A stretch of DNA of 32,000 nt from Candidatus Saccharimonadota bacterium (GTDB lineage: Bacteria > Bacillota_I > Bacilli_A > Mycoplasmatales > Hepatoplasmataceae): positions 360,001 through 392,000 of the forward strand of contig NZ_CP006932.1 in the NCBI RefSeq assembly GCF_000582535.1, written 5' to 3'. Every line of letters starts with the position of its first letter. Positions within the stretch are counted from its first letter, which is position 1. This document shows, piece by piece, positions 19,936 through 30,076 of this stretch. The notes below the pieces were generated by a model. That model did no database searches and was not told the origin of the DNA. It saw nothing but the letters and a program-made list of their open reading frames with translations. The position numbers and the translations under genes were made by a program.

Positions 19936-20541
19936 TTAACGATTATAAAACTCTACAACAAGTGATTCATTTAATTGACCAGAAATTTCATTTCTTTTTG
20001 GTAAACGTAAATATTCGCCACTTAATGTTTTTGAATCAACTTTTACAAATGGAGCAATTCTTGCTGCTTCCAAATTGTCCTTAATAAAATTAATTTTTTT
20101 ACTTTTATCTTTTAATTCAATTTTACTTCCGGGGGAAACAACATAAGAAGGAATATCAACTTTTCTATCATTAACACGAACATGTCCATGATTTACAAAT
20201 TGTCTTGCTTGTCTTCTTGTAGATGCAAATCCCATACGATAAATTAAATTATCTAAACGTGATTCTAAAAGAAATAAAAAGTTTTCTCCCAAAACACCTT
20301 TCATTTTAGTTGCTTTTTCAAAAGTTCTTTTCATTTGTTTTTCATTTAATCCATACATGTAACGAACTTTTTGTTTTTCATAAAGGTGTTCTCCATAATT
20401 TGATAATTTTTGATTTTTATTACCATGTTGACCAGGAATAGAAATTTTTTTCTTTCCTTTTAAAAATTCTTTATTATTTTCAAGAATTGAATATTTATAT
20501 CTTCTTGCTTTTTTATTATTTGGTCCTGTATATCTTGACAT
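19936..20541 (-). CDS. rpsD: 30S ribosomal protein S4
   Basis: 201 aa: MSRYTGP..LESRLDNLIYRMGFASTRRQARQFVNHGHV. Confidence 0.95.
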   Translation of the reverse strand: MSRYTGPNNKKARRYKYSILENNKEFLKGKKKISIPGQHGNKNQKLSNYGEHLYEKQKVRYMYGLNEKQMKRTFEKATKMKGVLGENFLFLLESRLDNLIYRMGFASTRRQARQFVNHGHVRVNDRKVDIPSYVVSPGSKIELKDKSKKINFIKDNLEAARIAPFVKVDSKTLSGEYLRLPKRNEISGQLNESLVVEFYNR

Positions 20542-20727
20542 TTATAATATCTCTTTCTTTTTTTAAATTAAAATATTAGAATAAATTTAAATAAAATTAC
20601 AAAACAAAAACACTTCTCTCATATAATAAAAGATACTAATACTTTCAATGTTACAGCTTATCTACTTGTAAAACTATAAGTTATCTTTTGCATCATATAA
20701 AATAGTGTTTGCTGATGTAATGTTTAA

Positions 20728-20736
20728 ATTATATCA
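20728..20736 (-). promoter_or_regulatory. Extended -10 (TGATATAAT), candidate rpsD promoter
   Basis: The minus strand reads TTAATGATATAATTT, a perfect TGnTATAAT. It implies a leader of roughly 180 nt before the rpsD ATG at 20541. Confidence 0.4.
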
Positions 20737-20921
20737 TTAAAAATTTAAAATATTAACTATTGTTAATATATAAAAGAAAAAATGATAAAATAAGATTGTT
20801 CTAACTTAAAGTAAAGATAAATCTTTCACCTATGAGATTAATTTTATAATTTAGCAATTAATTGAACTAGGTTAAAAACATTAAAAATAATTCAATTTAT
20901 TGATTTATTAGGAGGTTTAAA

Positions 20922-21488
20922 ATAGCAATCAGAATTAAAAAGAAATATCAAGGTCGTCAACGTGATCACCACCAAGATCTAATAAATGAAAGAATTCCCT
21001 ATAGTATAAAGGAACTTTTAGTAATTGATAGTGATGGAAAAAAAATTGGTATTTTAAATAAAAGCGAAGCTTTAAGACAAGCAAGAGAACAAGAACTTGA
21101 TCTTGTAATAATATCTAAGAATGCAAAAATTCCTGTAGCTAAAATAATAGATTATGGAAAATTTCGCTATGAAAGAAAAAAACGAGAACAAGAAAACAAA
21201 AAGAAATCAAAAATTATAGAGCAAAAAGAAATCAGAATAAGTGCTAATATTGGTTTAAATGATTTAGATGTAAAAATTAAATCAGCACGTGGTTTTATTG
21301 AAAAAGGAAATAATGTAAAAATTTCTTTAGCTTTCAAAGGAAGACAAATCGTAAGTAAAGAAATTGGTTTTGAAAAAATGAATCAATTTATTGAAAAACT
21401 TAATGATATTGCTCAAATTGATAAAAAACCACAATTAAATGGCAGATTTTACGATGCTTACTTATCACCGATTAAAAAAAATAAATAG
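20922..21488 (+). CDS. infC: Translation initiation factor IF-3, apparently starting at ATA
   Basis: The IF-3 sequence ([50 protein letters not shown]..) is in frame with ATA 20922, which lies 6 nt after GGAGG (20911-20915). No ATG, GTG or TTG occurs between the upstream in-frame TGA (20901) and the conserved region. The stop is TAG 21486-21488. Confidence 0.8.
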   Translation: MAIRIKKKYQGRQRDHHQDLINERIPYSIKELLVIDSDGKKIGILNKSEALRQAREQELDLVIISKNAKIPVAKIIDYGKFRYERKKREQENKKKSKIIEQKEIRISANIGLNDLDVKIKSARGFIEKGNNVKISLAFKGRQIVSKEIGFEKMNQFIEKLNDIAQIDKKPQLNGRFYDAYLSPIKKNK

Positions 21489-21499
21489 GGAGAACACTA

Positions 21500-21688
21500 A
21501 TGCCTAAACAGAAATCAAAAAGTTCTTTAAATAAAAGAATAAAAGTTAGAAAATCTGGTTCAATTAAAAGAGGGAAAGCAAAAACATCTCATCTTTTTGC
21601 AAATAAATCAACAAAAAATAAAAGACAAGCTCGTAAGGGTACTGATATGTCTAAATCTGATCGTAAAAGATATAAAGATTTGGTATAG
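21500..21688 (+). CDS. rpmI: 50S ribosomal protein L35
   Basis: A 62-aa basic protein, [28 protein letters not shown], lying between infC and rplT. Confidence 0.9.
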   Translation: MPKQKSKSSLNKRIKVRKSGSIKRGKAKTSHLFANKSTKNKRQARKGTDMSKSDRKRYKDLV

Positions 21689-21703
21689 AAAGGATTCATA
21701 GAT

Positions 21704-22066
21704 ATGGCAAGAGCAAAATCAGCTGTAACGAAACATAGAAGACATCGAAAGACAATAAAACAAGCAAAAGGTTATTTTGGACATAAAAGCATTGGTTACA
21801 AATCTGCAAAAGAACAAATTAGAAAATCTAATGAATATGCTTTTCGTGATCGTAAACAAGTAAAAAGAGAGTTTCGTAAAATTTGAATCAAAAGAATAAA
21901 TGCAGCAGCACGTACTAATGGATTATCTTATTCACAATTTATGAATGGATTAAAGAAAGCTCAAATTGAACTTGATAGAAAAATGCTTGCGGATATTGCA
22001 CTTAATAATCCTAAAGAATTTACTTCACTTTCTGAAATTGCAAAAAAAGAATTAATTAAAAAGTAA
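21704..22066 (+). CDS. rplT: 50S ribosomal protein L20
   Basis: [38 protein letters not shown].., joined across TGA 21884. The stop is TAA 22064-22066. Confidence 0.9.
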
Positions 22067-22104
22067 ATATAATATTTTAGTTTTGTATTAAAATTAATTT
22101 TATT

Positions 22105-22755
22105 ATGACTATTATAAGGAAAAACCGATTTATTTATAGATTGCTTATGGCCATCTTGTTTACAATCGGTTTTTCTTTTTGAACAATAATTTTATTTCTT
22201 CCTGATGATATTTTAAATATTGGAATGAATAATCTTTATTGATCTTGGTTTAGCTTAAATATAATTTTCTTTTTTGAAAGATGATTTTTAATTATTCCTA
22301 ATGAAATAGTTTTCAATCTTGATCAAAAAGAAAATGAAAAGAAAAAAAGAATTTTAAGAATTGAAATTCCTATTACAATTATTGCAACAATCTTATTGAT
22401 CTTCTGATTTTTAATTCAAATTTCGCAAAATTTTAATAATCCTTGAATCTTTCAAAAAGGAGAGATTGATTATTGACCAACACTTACTTTTTCAACAATT
22501 CTTATTATTAAAAGATGATTGATCATTACTGATTTTAAAAATAATATTTACAAAATTAAGATTGTCTGATTAGTTACTAACATTTTACTCTTAATTGCTT
22601 TTATTTTTTGAACTTCACAGATGATAGCATATCAATTAACTAATTATGATAAATTAGGAGCAGGAATTTATCCTTGATCAATTACGACAGCTTTTATTAA
22701 TTTAATTGATAATTTTGGAATTTATTATTTTAATTATAATAATTTAGAAAAATAA
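22105..22755 (+). CDS. Hypothetical Trp-rich membrane protein (216 aa)
   Basis: I translated it codon by codon. It has 11 in-frame TGA codons and no TAA or TAG until 22753-22755. It has several hydrophobic segments and starts 38 nt after rplT. No family was recognised. Confidence 0.6.
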
Positions 22756-22758
22756 AAA

Positions 22759-22787
22759 AAGCGATGATCTATTTTTGATCATCGCTT
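22759..22787. terminator. G+C-containing hairpin between convergent genes; a bidirectional terminator with a T-run on the minus-strand side
   Basis: aagcgatgatc (22759-22769) pairs with gatcatcgctt (22777-22787) around a 7-nt loop. The minus-strand transcript continues into TTTTTTT. Confidence 0.7.
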
Positions 22788-22951
22788 ATAATTGTGTAAT
22801 TACTCTCACTCTTAAGCTTTTCTTCAATATCACTTATCTTGATCTCATTTTTTCAATCAAATGATAATTCTTTTGTCTCATCTAATGCTAATAGCTCAAG
22901 AATTTCTCTTTTTCTTTTTTTACTATAAAAAATACTTTTGAAAGATAACAT
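22769..22951 (-). CDS. Hypothetical 60-aa acidic protein downstream of the J-protein gene
   Basis: From ATG 22951: MLSFKSIFYSKKRKREILELLALDETKELSFDWKNEIKISDIEEKLKSESNYTIISDDQK, ending at TAG 22769-22771. Its last codons lie inside the terminator hairpin. Confidence 0.35.
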
Positions 22952-23000
22952 TTAATTTCCTTAATTCAAGACATTATAATTAATAAAATTATAACACACT

Positions 23001-23885
23001 TTAATATTTTGTTTCTTGCTTTAAGGCTTCAATATATTTTCTTCCTGTTCGCTTAATTTTTTTAGGCATTTTTAAATTTATTTGGATATAAAGATTTCCT
23101 CTTCCTTTTCCTCGTAAAATTGTAAATCCTTGATTTTTAATTCTAATTAAGGCTTTGGGATTTGAAAATTCAGGAATATGAAAAACAATTGGTTGTCCAT
23201 CTATTCCTTCAATTGTATGCTTACTATCTTCCATTAAATCAAAATAATTAACATCTAAAATATAAAATAAATCATTATTTTTACGGACAAATTTGGTATT
23301 ATTTTCAATTCTAAATTTTAATAATAAATCTCCCCGAGGACCACCATTTATTCCTGCTTTTCCTTCACCTGAAAGTCTCAAAGTAGTTTCGTCGTTTATC
23401 CCTGCAGGAATTTCAATTTTCTTAATTGATCCATTCATTAATCTTAAACTGATTGTTTTACCTTTGAATGCATCTTTTATATTAATTGTTATTTGTTGAA
23501 TAACATTTAATCCTTTTCTTCTAACATTTGTAAATCCTGAAAAGCCACTAAATCCACCAAATGGATTTCCTCCAAAAAACTCATCAAAAATTGAATTTAA
23601 ATCTTCGGTATTGAAATTACCTTGATTAAATCCCCCTCTTCCTTGATTAGCTTGATTTACACCAGCATGTCCATAATTATCATAAAGATTACGTTTATTT
23701 TTATCTAATAAAACTTCTTTTGCTTCATTTACTTCTTTAAATTTTTCTTCTGAAATTTTTGTATTATCAGGATTACGATCAGGATGATATTTCATCGCCA
23801 ATTTTCGATAAGCTTTTTTAATATCATCTTCTGATGCATTTCTGCTTACTCCTAAAATTTCATAGTAATCTTTTTTTGTTGCCAT
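23001..23885 (-). CDS. dnaJ: J-domain co-chaperone of the CbpA/class B type (J domain, G/F region and C-terminal domains, with no zinc finger)
   Basis: Contains [22 protein letters not shown] and a Gly/Phe-rich segment. The 294-aa sequence has no cysteine at all, so the CxxCxGxG repeats are absent. Confidence 0.85.
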   Translation of the reverse strand: MATKKDYYEILGVSRNASEDDIKKAYRKLAMKYHPDRNPDNTKISEEKFKEVNEAKEVLLDKNKRNLYDNYGHAGVNQANQGRGGFNQGNFNTEDLNSIFDEFFGGNPFGGFSGFSGFTNVRRKGLNVIQQITINIKDAFKGKTISLRLMNGSIKKIEIPAGINDETTLRLSGEGKAGINGGPRGDLLLKFRIENNTKFVRKNNDLFYILDVNYFDLMEDSKHTIEGIDGQPIVFHIPEFSNPKALIRIKNQGFTILRGKGRGNLYIQINLKMPKKIKRTGRKYIEALKQETKY

Positions 23886-23889
23886 TTTT

Positions 23890-24585
23890 TTATTTTACTG
23901 TAAATTTTTCCTTAGAATCAATACGAAGTTGTTTATTTCCAATCGTTGGATGTTTTGTATTATCAATATAACCTAACAAGCAGCAAACTGAAACCGATTC
24001 CTCTTTTGAAATTAATTTCTCTTTTAAAAGCAGTTCTTTTAATTTTTCTGTAAATCCTTCCATTGGTGTTGAATTAATATCTTTTAAAGCTGAAATTACA
24101 AGTGTATAACCTAATGCAATATAAGCTTGTCTTTTAGATCATTCTGTAATATCATCTACTAAAACATTTAAATTTTTTCCTGTTCTTAATGATTTTATTT
24201 CCGCTTCGACAATTTCATTTATCTTTTCAGGAGAAGATTTAATTGAAAATTCTTCCATATAAGCTTTGCTTTTTGCTTTTATAATTTTTTGAAGTTCTTG
24301 ATGATTTTTTTGATCGCGAAATCATTCTTTATTTTTAGTAATAAAAATAAGAGCGTCAGAACTATCTAAAAATTTTTGCTTATTTCCTTCCATAAAACCA
24401 TCAACAATTTTTTTCTTAACATCTAATGATCTTACAGATAAAAGTCTTCAATGTTCAATTCCCATTGAAGTAGGAGCACTATTTATAAAATTAAAAATAT
24501 ACTTTAATGTTTCTTTTGCTATTTTTTTATTAGGATTATATTCCTTTGTAGCTTTACGTTTTTTTATTTGTGTTAATAAATCCAT
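23890..24585 (-). CDS. Nitroreductase-family NAD(P)H-dependent oxidoreductase
   Basis: 231 aa after joining across TGA codons. Motifs: [45 protein letters not shown] and STPMEGF. The stop is TAA 23890-23892, 4 nt before the J-protein ATG. Confidence 0.65.
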
Positions 24586-24613
24586 AATTATCCTTATTGA
24601 TAATACTTTACAT

Positions 24614-24643
24614 TAAAAAAACTAAAATAGTTTTAGTTTTTTT
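24614..24643 (-). terminator. Rho-independent terminator after dnaK
   Basis: aaaaaaactaaaa-tag-ttttagttttttt: the stem is flanked by A and T runs and sits about 25 nt after the dnaK stop. Confidence 0.6.
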
Positions 24644-24666
24644 AATTTTTGGAAATCTAAACTAAT

Positions 24667-26505
<1,839 letters not shown>

Positions 26506-26516
26506 TTATACCTTCT

Positions 26517-27158
26517 TTATTTGTTATTTTTTGATTCTTCATTATCAATTGATTTTTCAATTGATTTTTCTTCTGTTAATTCAATTCCTTTTGATACAAC
26601 TACTGAAGCAGGACGAATTAAACGATCATTTAAAAGATAACCAATTTGATTTACTTCTAAAATATTATTTTTTGCAACTTGATCAGAGTATCTTGCATCT
26701 ATCGCTTCATGATATTTAGCGTTATATTCATCACCTTTTTTTACTTCTATTTCTTTTACACCAATCCCTTCTAAAATTTGATTAAAATTATTTTTGATCA
26801 TTTCAAATCCCTTTAATCAATTTTCAATTTCCGGAGAAATATTTTTTGCATTTAATGCTCTTTTAAACATATCAATTGTTGGAATTAATTCTTGTAAAAG
26901 AGAAATATTACTAAAAGAAATAATTTCTTTGCGTTCTCTTTCCAATCTTTTTTTCAAATTTTCCATTTCAGCTAGTAAGTTTAAATTTTTGAATTGAAGT
27001 TCTTCTAAACTTTTTTCTAATTCTTTAATTTTTCGTTCACTTTTAGCTGATTTCAATTCTTTCTCCTTCGCTCCAAAATTTTTATAGTGAGGAGTATTTT
27101 TTTCTGTTTTTATTGTTTTTTCAATTTCTTGTGTATTATCATTCATTTTTTGATTCAT
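26517..27158 (-). CDS. grpE: Nucleotide exchange factor GrpE
   Basis: Two track pieces join in frame across TGA 26817 (..SPEIENWLKGFEMI..). It has a coiled-coil N-terminus and a GrpE C-terminal domain (HEAI, RPA.V.VS). Confidence 0.9.
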
Positions 27159-27159
27159 T

Positions 27160-28206
27160 TTAATCGTTTATATTTTCATCTATATTTTCATCTAGTAAAT
27201 TTATCATTGTAATAATTTTTTTATAATCTTGATTTTTAGGACCAATTATTGTAATTTTTTTTCAACTATTATTATTTAATTTTAAAATTTTATTAATAAT
27301 TGAAATATCTTTTAATTGATTAAAATCAAATGATATTGTCAAATTTTTTTCTTGATTTTTTATTAATGTTCCTGAATGTGAATCTAAAAGATCTCAGATC
27401 GTTTTATCTTCTACCATTTCAAAAACTTTTTCAAATTGCTCTTTTTCTCTTAACGTCGGAATATTTACAAGGGAATTAATTCCATAATATTTTTCTTCCG
27501 TAGGAAATAAACTAATAATTAATTTTTCAATAAATAATTTAAATTTTTTCTCTACAAATTGTAATTTTTTAATTACAAGTTCAGAAATTAAAGATGATTT
27601 TTCCTTTACCTCCTTAATTTTTGTACCAATAAGTCGTTGAGAAATTATTTTAAATGAATTTTCAATATCTTTAAATTTAAAATTTTCGATATTTAATTCT
27701 TCATTGTAAAGTCTTCCTGAAGAAGAAACAGCAACAATCATTGCTCTTTTTTCATTAATTTTATAAAGCTTTAAATCTTCTACCAAATAATCTTTATCTT
27801 CATCTTTTGAAATTAAAAATGTATTTGTTGCTTTATTAATAATTTTTAAAGCTTTTTCAATCATTTCTTCAATATTTTCTGATCTTTTTGAAAATATTTT
27901 ATCTATTTTACTTCGGATATTTGTAAGTGAATAATCATCAATTGCAAAATTTTCAATATAAAATTTATAACCTTTATTTGTTGGAATGCGACCAGAAGAC
28001 TTATACGCCTTTTCAATATAATTCTCATTTTCAAGCTTTACCATTTCATTTCGAATTGTTGCTGATGAAATATTCAAATTAGGATATTTATTTACAAGCA
28101 AATCAGATGATATCGCATTTCCTGTATTTATATATTCATCAACAATTAATAAGAGAATTTTAAATTTTCGATCTTCGATAATATTCACCTCCTTAGCAAA
28201 CAACAA
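27160..28206 (-). CDS. hrcA: Heat-inducible transcription repressor HrcA
   Basis: Begins ..RKFKILLLIVDEYINTGNAISS (winged helix). It joins across TGA 27394 and stops at TAA 27160-27162. The start is uncertain: TTG 28206 lies inside CIRCE-1, while AAGGAGG (28188-28194) is followed by in-frame ATT 28182 and ATC 28179. Confidence 0.85.
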
Positions 28207-28219
28207 CTTATTCTGCTAA
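28193..28219. promoter_or_regulatory. CIRCE-like operator 1 (TTAGCAAAC-N9-TTCTGCTAA)
   Basis: The outer TTAGCA/TGCTAA arms have the canonical 9-nt spacer, directly upstream of and overlapping the hrcA ribosome-binding site. The inner arm positions differ from the consensus TTAGCACTC-N9-GAGTGCTAA. Confidence 0.7.
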
Positions 28220-28220
28220 T

Positions 28221-28249
28221 ATGATAATAAATTATTTAGCAAAAGTCAA
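28221..28249 (-). promoter_or_regulatory. Sigma-70-type promoter of the hrcA operon (TTGACT-17 nt-TATCAT)
   Basis: On the minus strand, TTGACT (28249-28244) lies inside the CIRCE-2 spacer. A 17-nt spacer separates it from TATCAT (28226-28221), which sits just upstream of CIRCE-1. Confidence 0.6.
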
Positions 28250-28262
28250 TACTTTTTGCTAA
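28236..28262. promoter_or_regulatory. CIRCE-like operator 2 (TTAGCAAAA-N9-TTTTGCTAA, a perfect inverted repeat)
   Basis: Two 9-nt perfectly complementary arms flank a 9-nt spacer that contains the -35 box. Confidence 0.75.
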
Positions 28263-28271
28263 TTTTTTTTA

Positions 28272-29054
28272 TTATTCTTTTTTAGCAAGATAAATTCAAT
28301 TATTTATTCCCAAAAAATAAAGAAACAAATAGAAAAAATTACTAAAAAGATAGATTCAAGTATGATAATCTATTGCAAGAAATATCGCTCCAATCGTAGA
28401 TAAAAGATAAAAAAGATAAGCTTGGATATTTTTTTTAATTAATAAAAATCAACCAATCAAAAAACTTAAAGTAATAAAAGCATCTAAATAAGCTGCCTCA
28501 TCAGCAAAATTTGTATCATCTAATAAAACTTTAATAAGTTTAGCAAAAATAAAAGTAAAGGAAAATAAAAAAACTAATAAGAAAAAAACTAAATATCAAT
28601 TTGCAAATGCGATTTTTTTATCAATCTTTTTCTCTTTTCCTCAACTCAAATATGCAAATAATACCAAGAAAAAAACTATGATTTGTTCAAGAGCTTCAAA
28701 TCATAAAAATAAAATTATGCAACTTAAAAAATAAGTAAAAATAAAACTAAAATAAAAAAAGAAACATTTTTTATTATCTCGATGTAAAAAAATATCTCCC
28801 AATATTCCTGTAAGCGAAGAAATAAAACTTAAAATAAATCAAAAATAAATAACTCAAGCATTTCCTTCCATTTTTCAAGCATTAAAATTTTTATCTTTAA
28901 TTTGGCCATTATTAAAAAAAAATTGATATATTGAAAAAATAAATATAAAACTAATTATTAAAAAAACAATCATTATGATTATTTTTGAATATAAAAAAAT
29001 GATTGCTTTTTGATTTATCTTTGCTCTTAATTTTATTATGTTATTTTCTTCCAT
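28272..29054 (-). CDS. PnuC-like transporter family membrane protein (paralog 2)
   Basis: 260 aa, translated by hand with many TGA Trp codons. Features: ..AWKMEGNAWVIYFWFILSF.., FAYLSWGKEKK at mid-protein, and DEAAYLDAFITLSFLIGWFLLIKKNIQAY..FLGINNWIYLAKKE. The family call is by eye. Confidence 0.45.
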
Positions 29055-29066
29055 TATAAATTAAAA

Positions 29067-30050
29067 TTATTTAAGCATAATAAGAGAAACTAATTTATCA
29101 CGATTTAAATTATAAAAATAATTTTCAAAATCTTTAATTTTATAAACAATATCTTTAATTGTATTTTGATCATATTTTTTTCCAATAAATATATCTTTTA
29201 AATCATCAGTATTATATTTAGAAAAATACTCCCCAAAAATTTCAAATTGCGAAATTTCTTGATTTTTTAGATTAAAATAAATTTGAATAGTTCCAAAACC
29301 AGAAATATATTCACTTTTTTTAAATTGATATTGATTTCTTTTTTCTAATAAAAAAGTAATTTTTTCTTCTTTTTCTTTTGCAATTTTTGCAATTTCTTTT
29401 AATTGTTCTTCAGAAAACTTATATTCTTTTTCATTAGCTATGTTATCAATTAAAAGACCGATAAATTGTTCTTTTGTAATTTTTTCTTTTAATTCACTAT
29501 AGATATTACCTACTCTTTTTTGAATAGATTTAACACCTTTTGAAATAATTTTATCGTAGTTTGGTGTAAGAATTTTACTTACATTACTAAAATCTACATT
29601 AAAAATTAAAGTTCCATGAAATATTAAATTATTGTTACTTACAAATTGAGCGATTCCAGAGATTTTTTTGCCTTCAATTTGGATATCATTTCTTCCACCA
29701 AATTCAGCATTCACATATAACTTATTTTTTAGAAAATCAACAATTGGTTTACTATATTCTTCAAATTTATATATATCTTTTGCTTTATCTTTTAAAACAA
29801 AAGAATAATTTACATTCCCTAAATCTTGATAAACAGCGCCTCCCCCAGAAACTCTTCTTACAAGTAAGATATTATGATCTTTTAAATATTTAATATTTGT
29901 TTCATTCATTGGATCTTGATTTTTTCCAATAATCACACATGGTTTATTTACATAAACATAAAAAAGATCTTCATTTAAATTATTAATTATATATTCTTCT
30001 GCCGCAAGATTAAAATAAGGATTATTTGTTTTTGATAAAATATATTTCAT
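29067..30050 (-). CDS. lplA: Lipoate--protein ligase A
   Basis: 327 aa containing RRVSGGGAVYQDLGNVNYSF and GRNDIQIEGKKISG. Confidence 0.9.
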   Translation of the reverse strand: MKYILSKTNNPYFNLAAEEYIINNLNEDLFYVYVNKPCVIIGKNQDPMNETNIKYLKDHNILLVRRVSGGGAVYQDLGNVNYSFVLKDKAKDIYKFEEYSKPIVDFLKNKLYVNAEFGGRNDIQIEGKKISGIAQFVSNNNLIFHGTLIFNVDFSNVSKILTPNYDKIISKGVKSIQKRVGNIYSELKEKITKEQFIGLLIDNIANEKEYKFSEEQLKEIAKIAKEKEEKITFLLEKRNQYQFKKSEYISGFGTIQIYFNLKNQEISQFEIFGEYFSKYNTDDLKDIFIGKKYDQNTIKDIVYKIKDFENYFYNLNRDKLVSLIMLK

Positions 30051-30076
30051 TTCTTCTTTCTCCTATAAAATAAAAT

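Noticed and set aside
28282-28290. A third TTAGCAAGA half-site upstream of the two CIRCE operators.
   Set aside because: No matching TGCTAA arm occurs at the 9-nt spacing. It also lies within the 3' end of the PnuC-like coding sequence.
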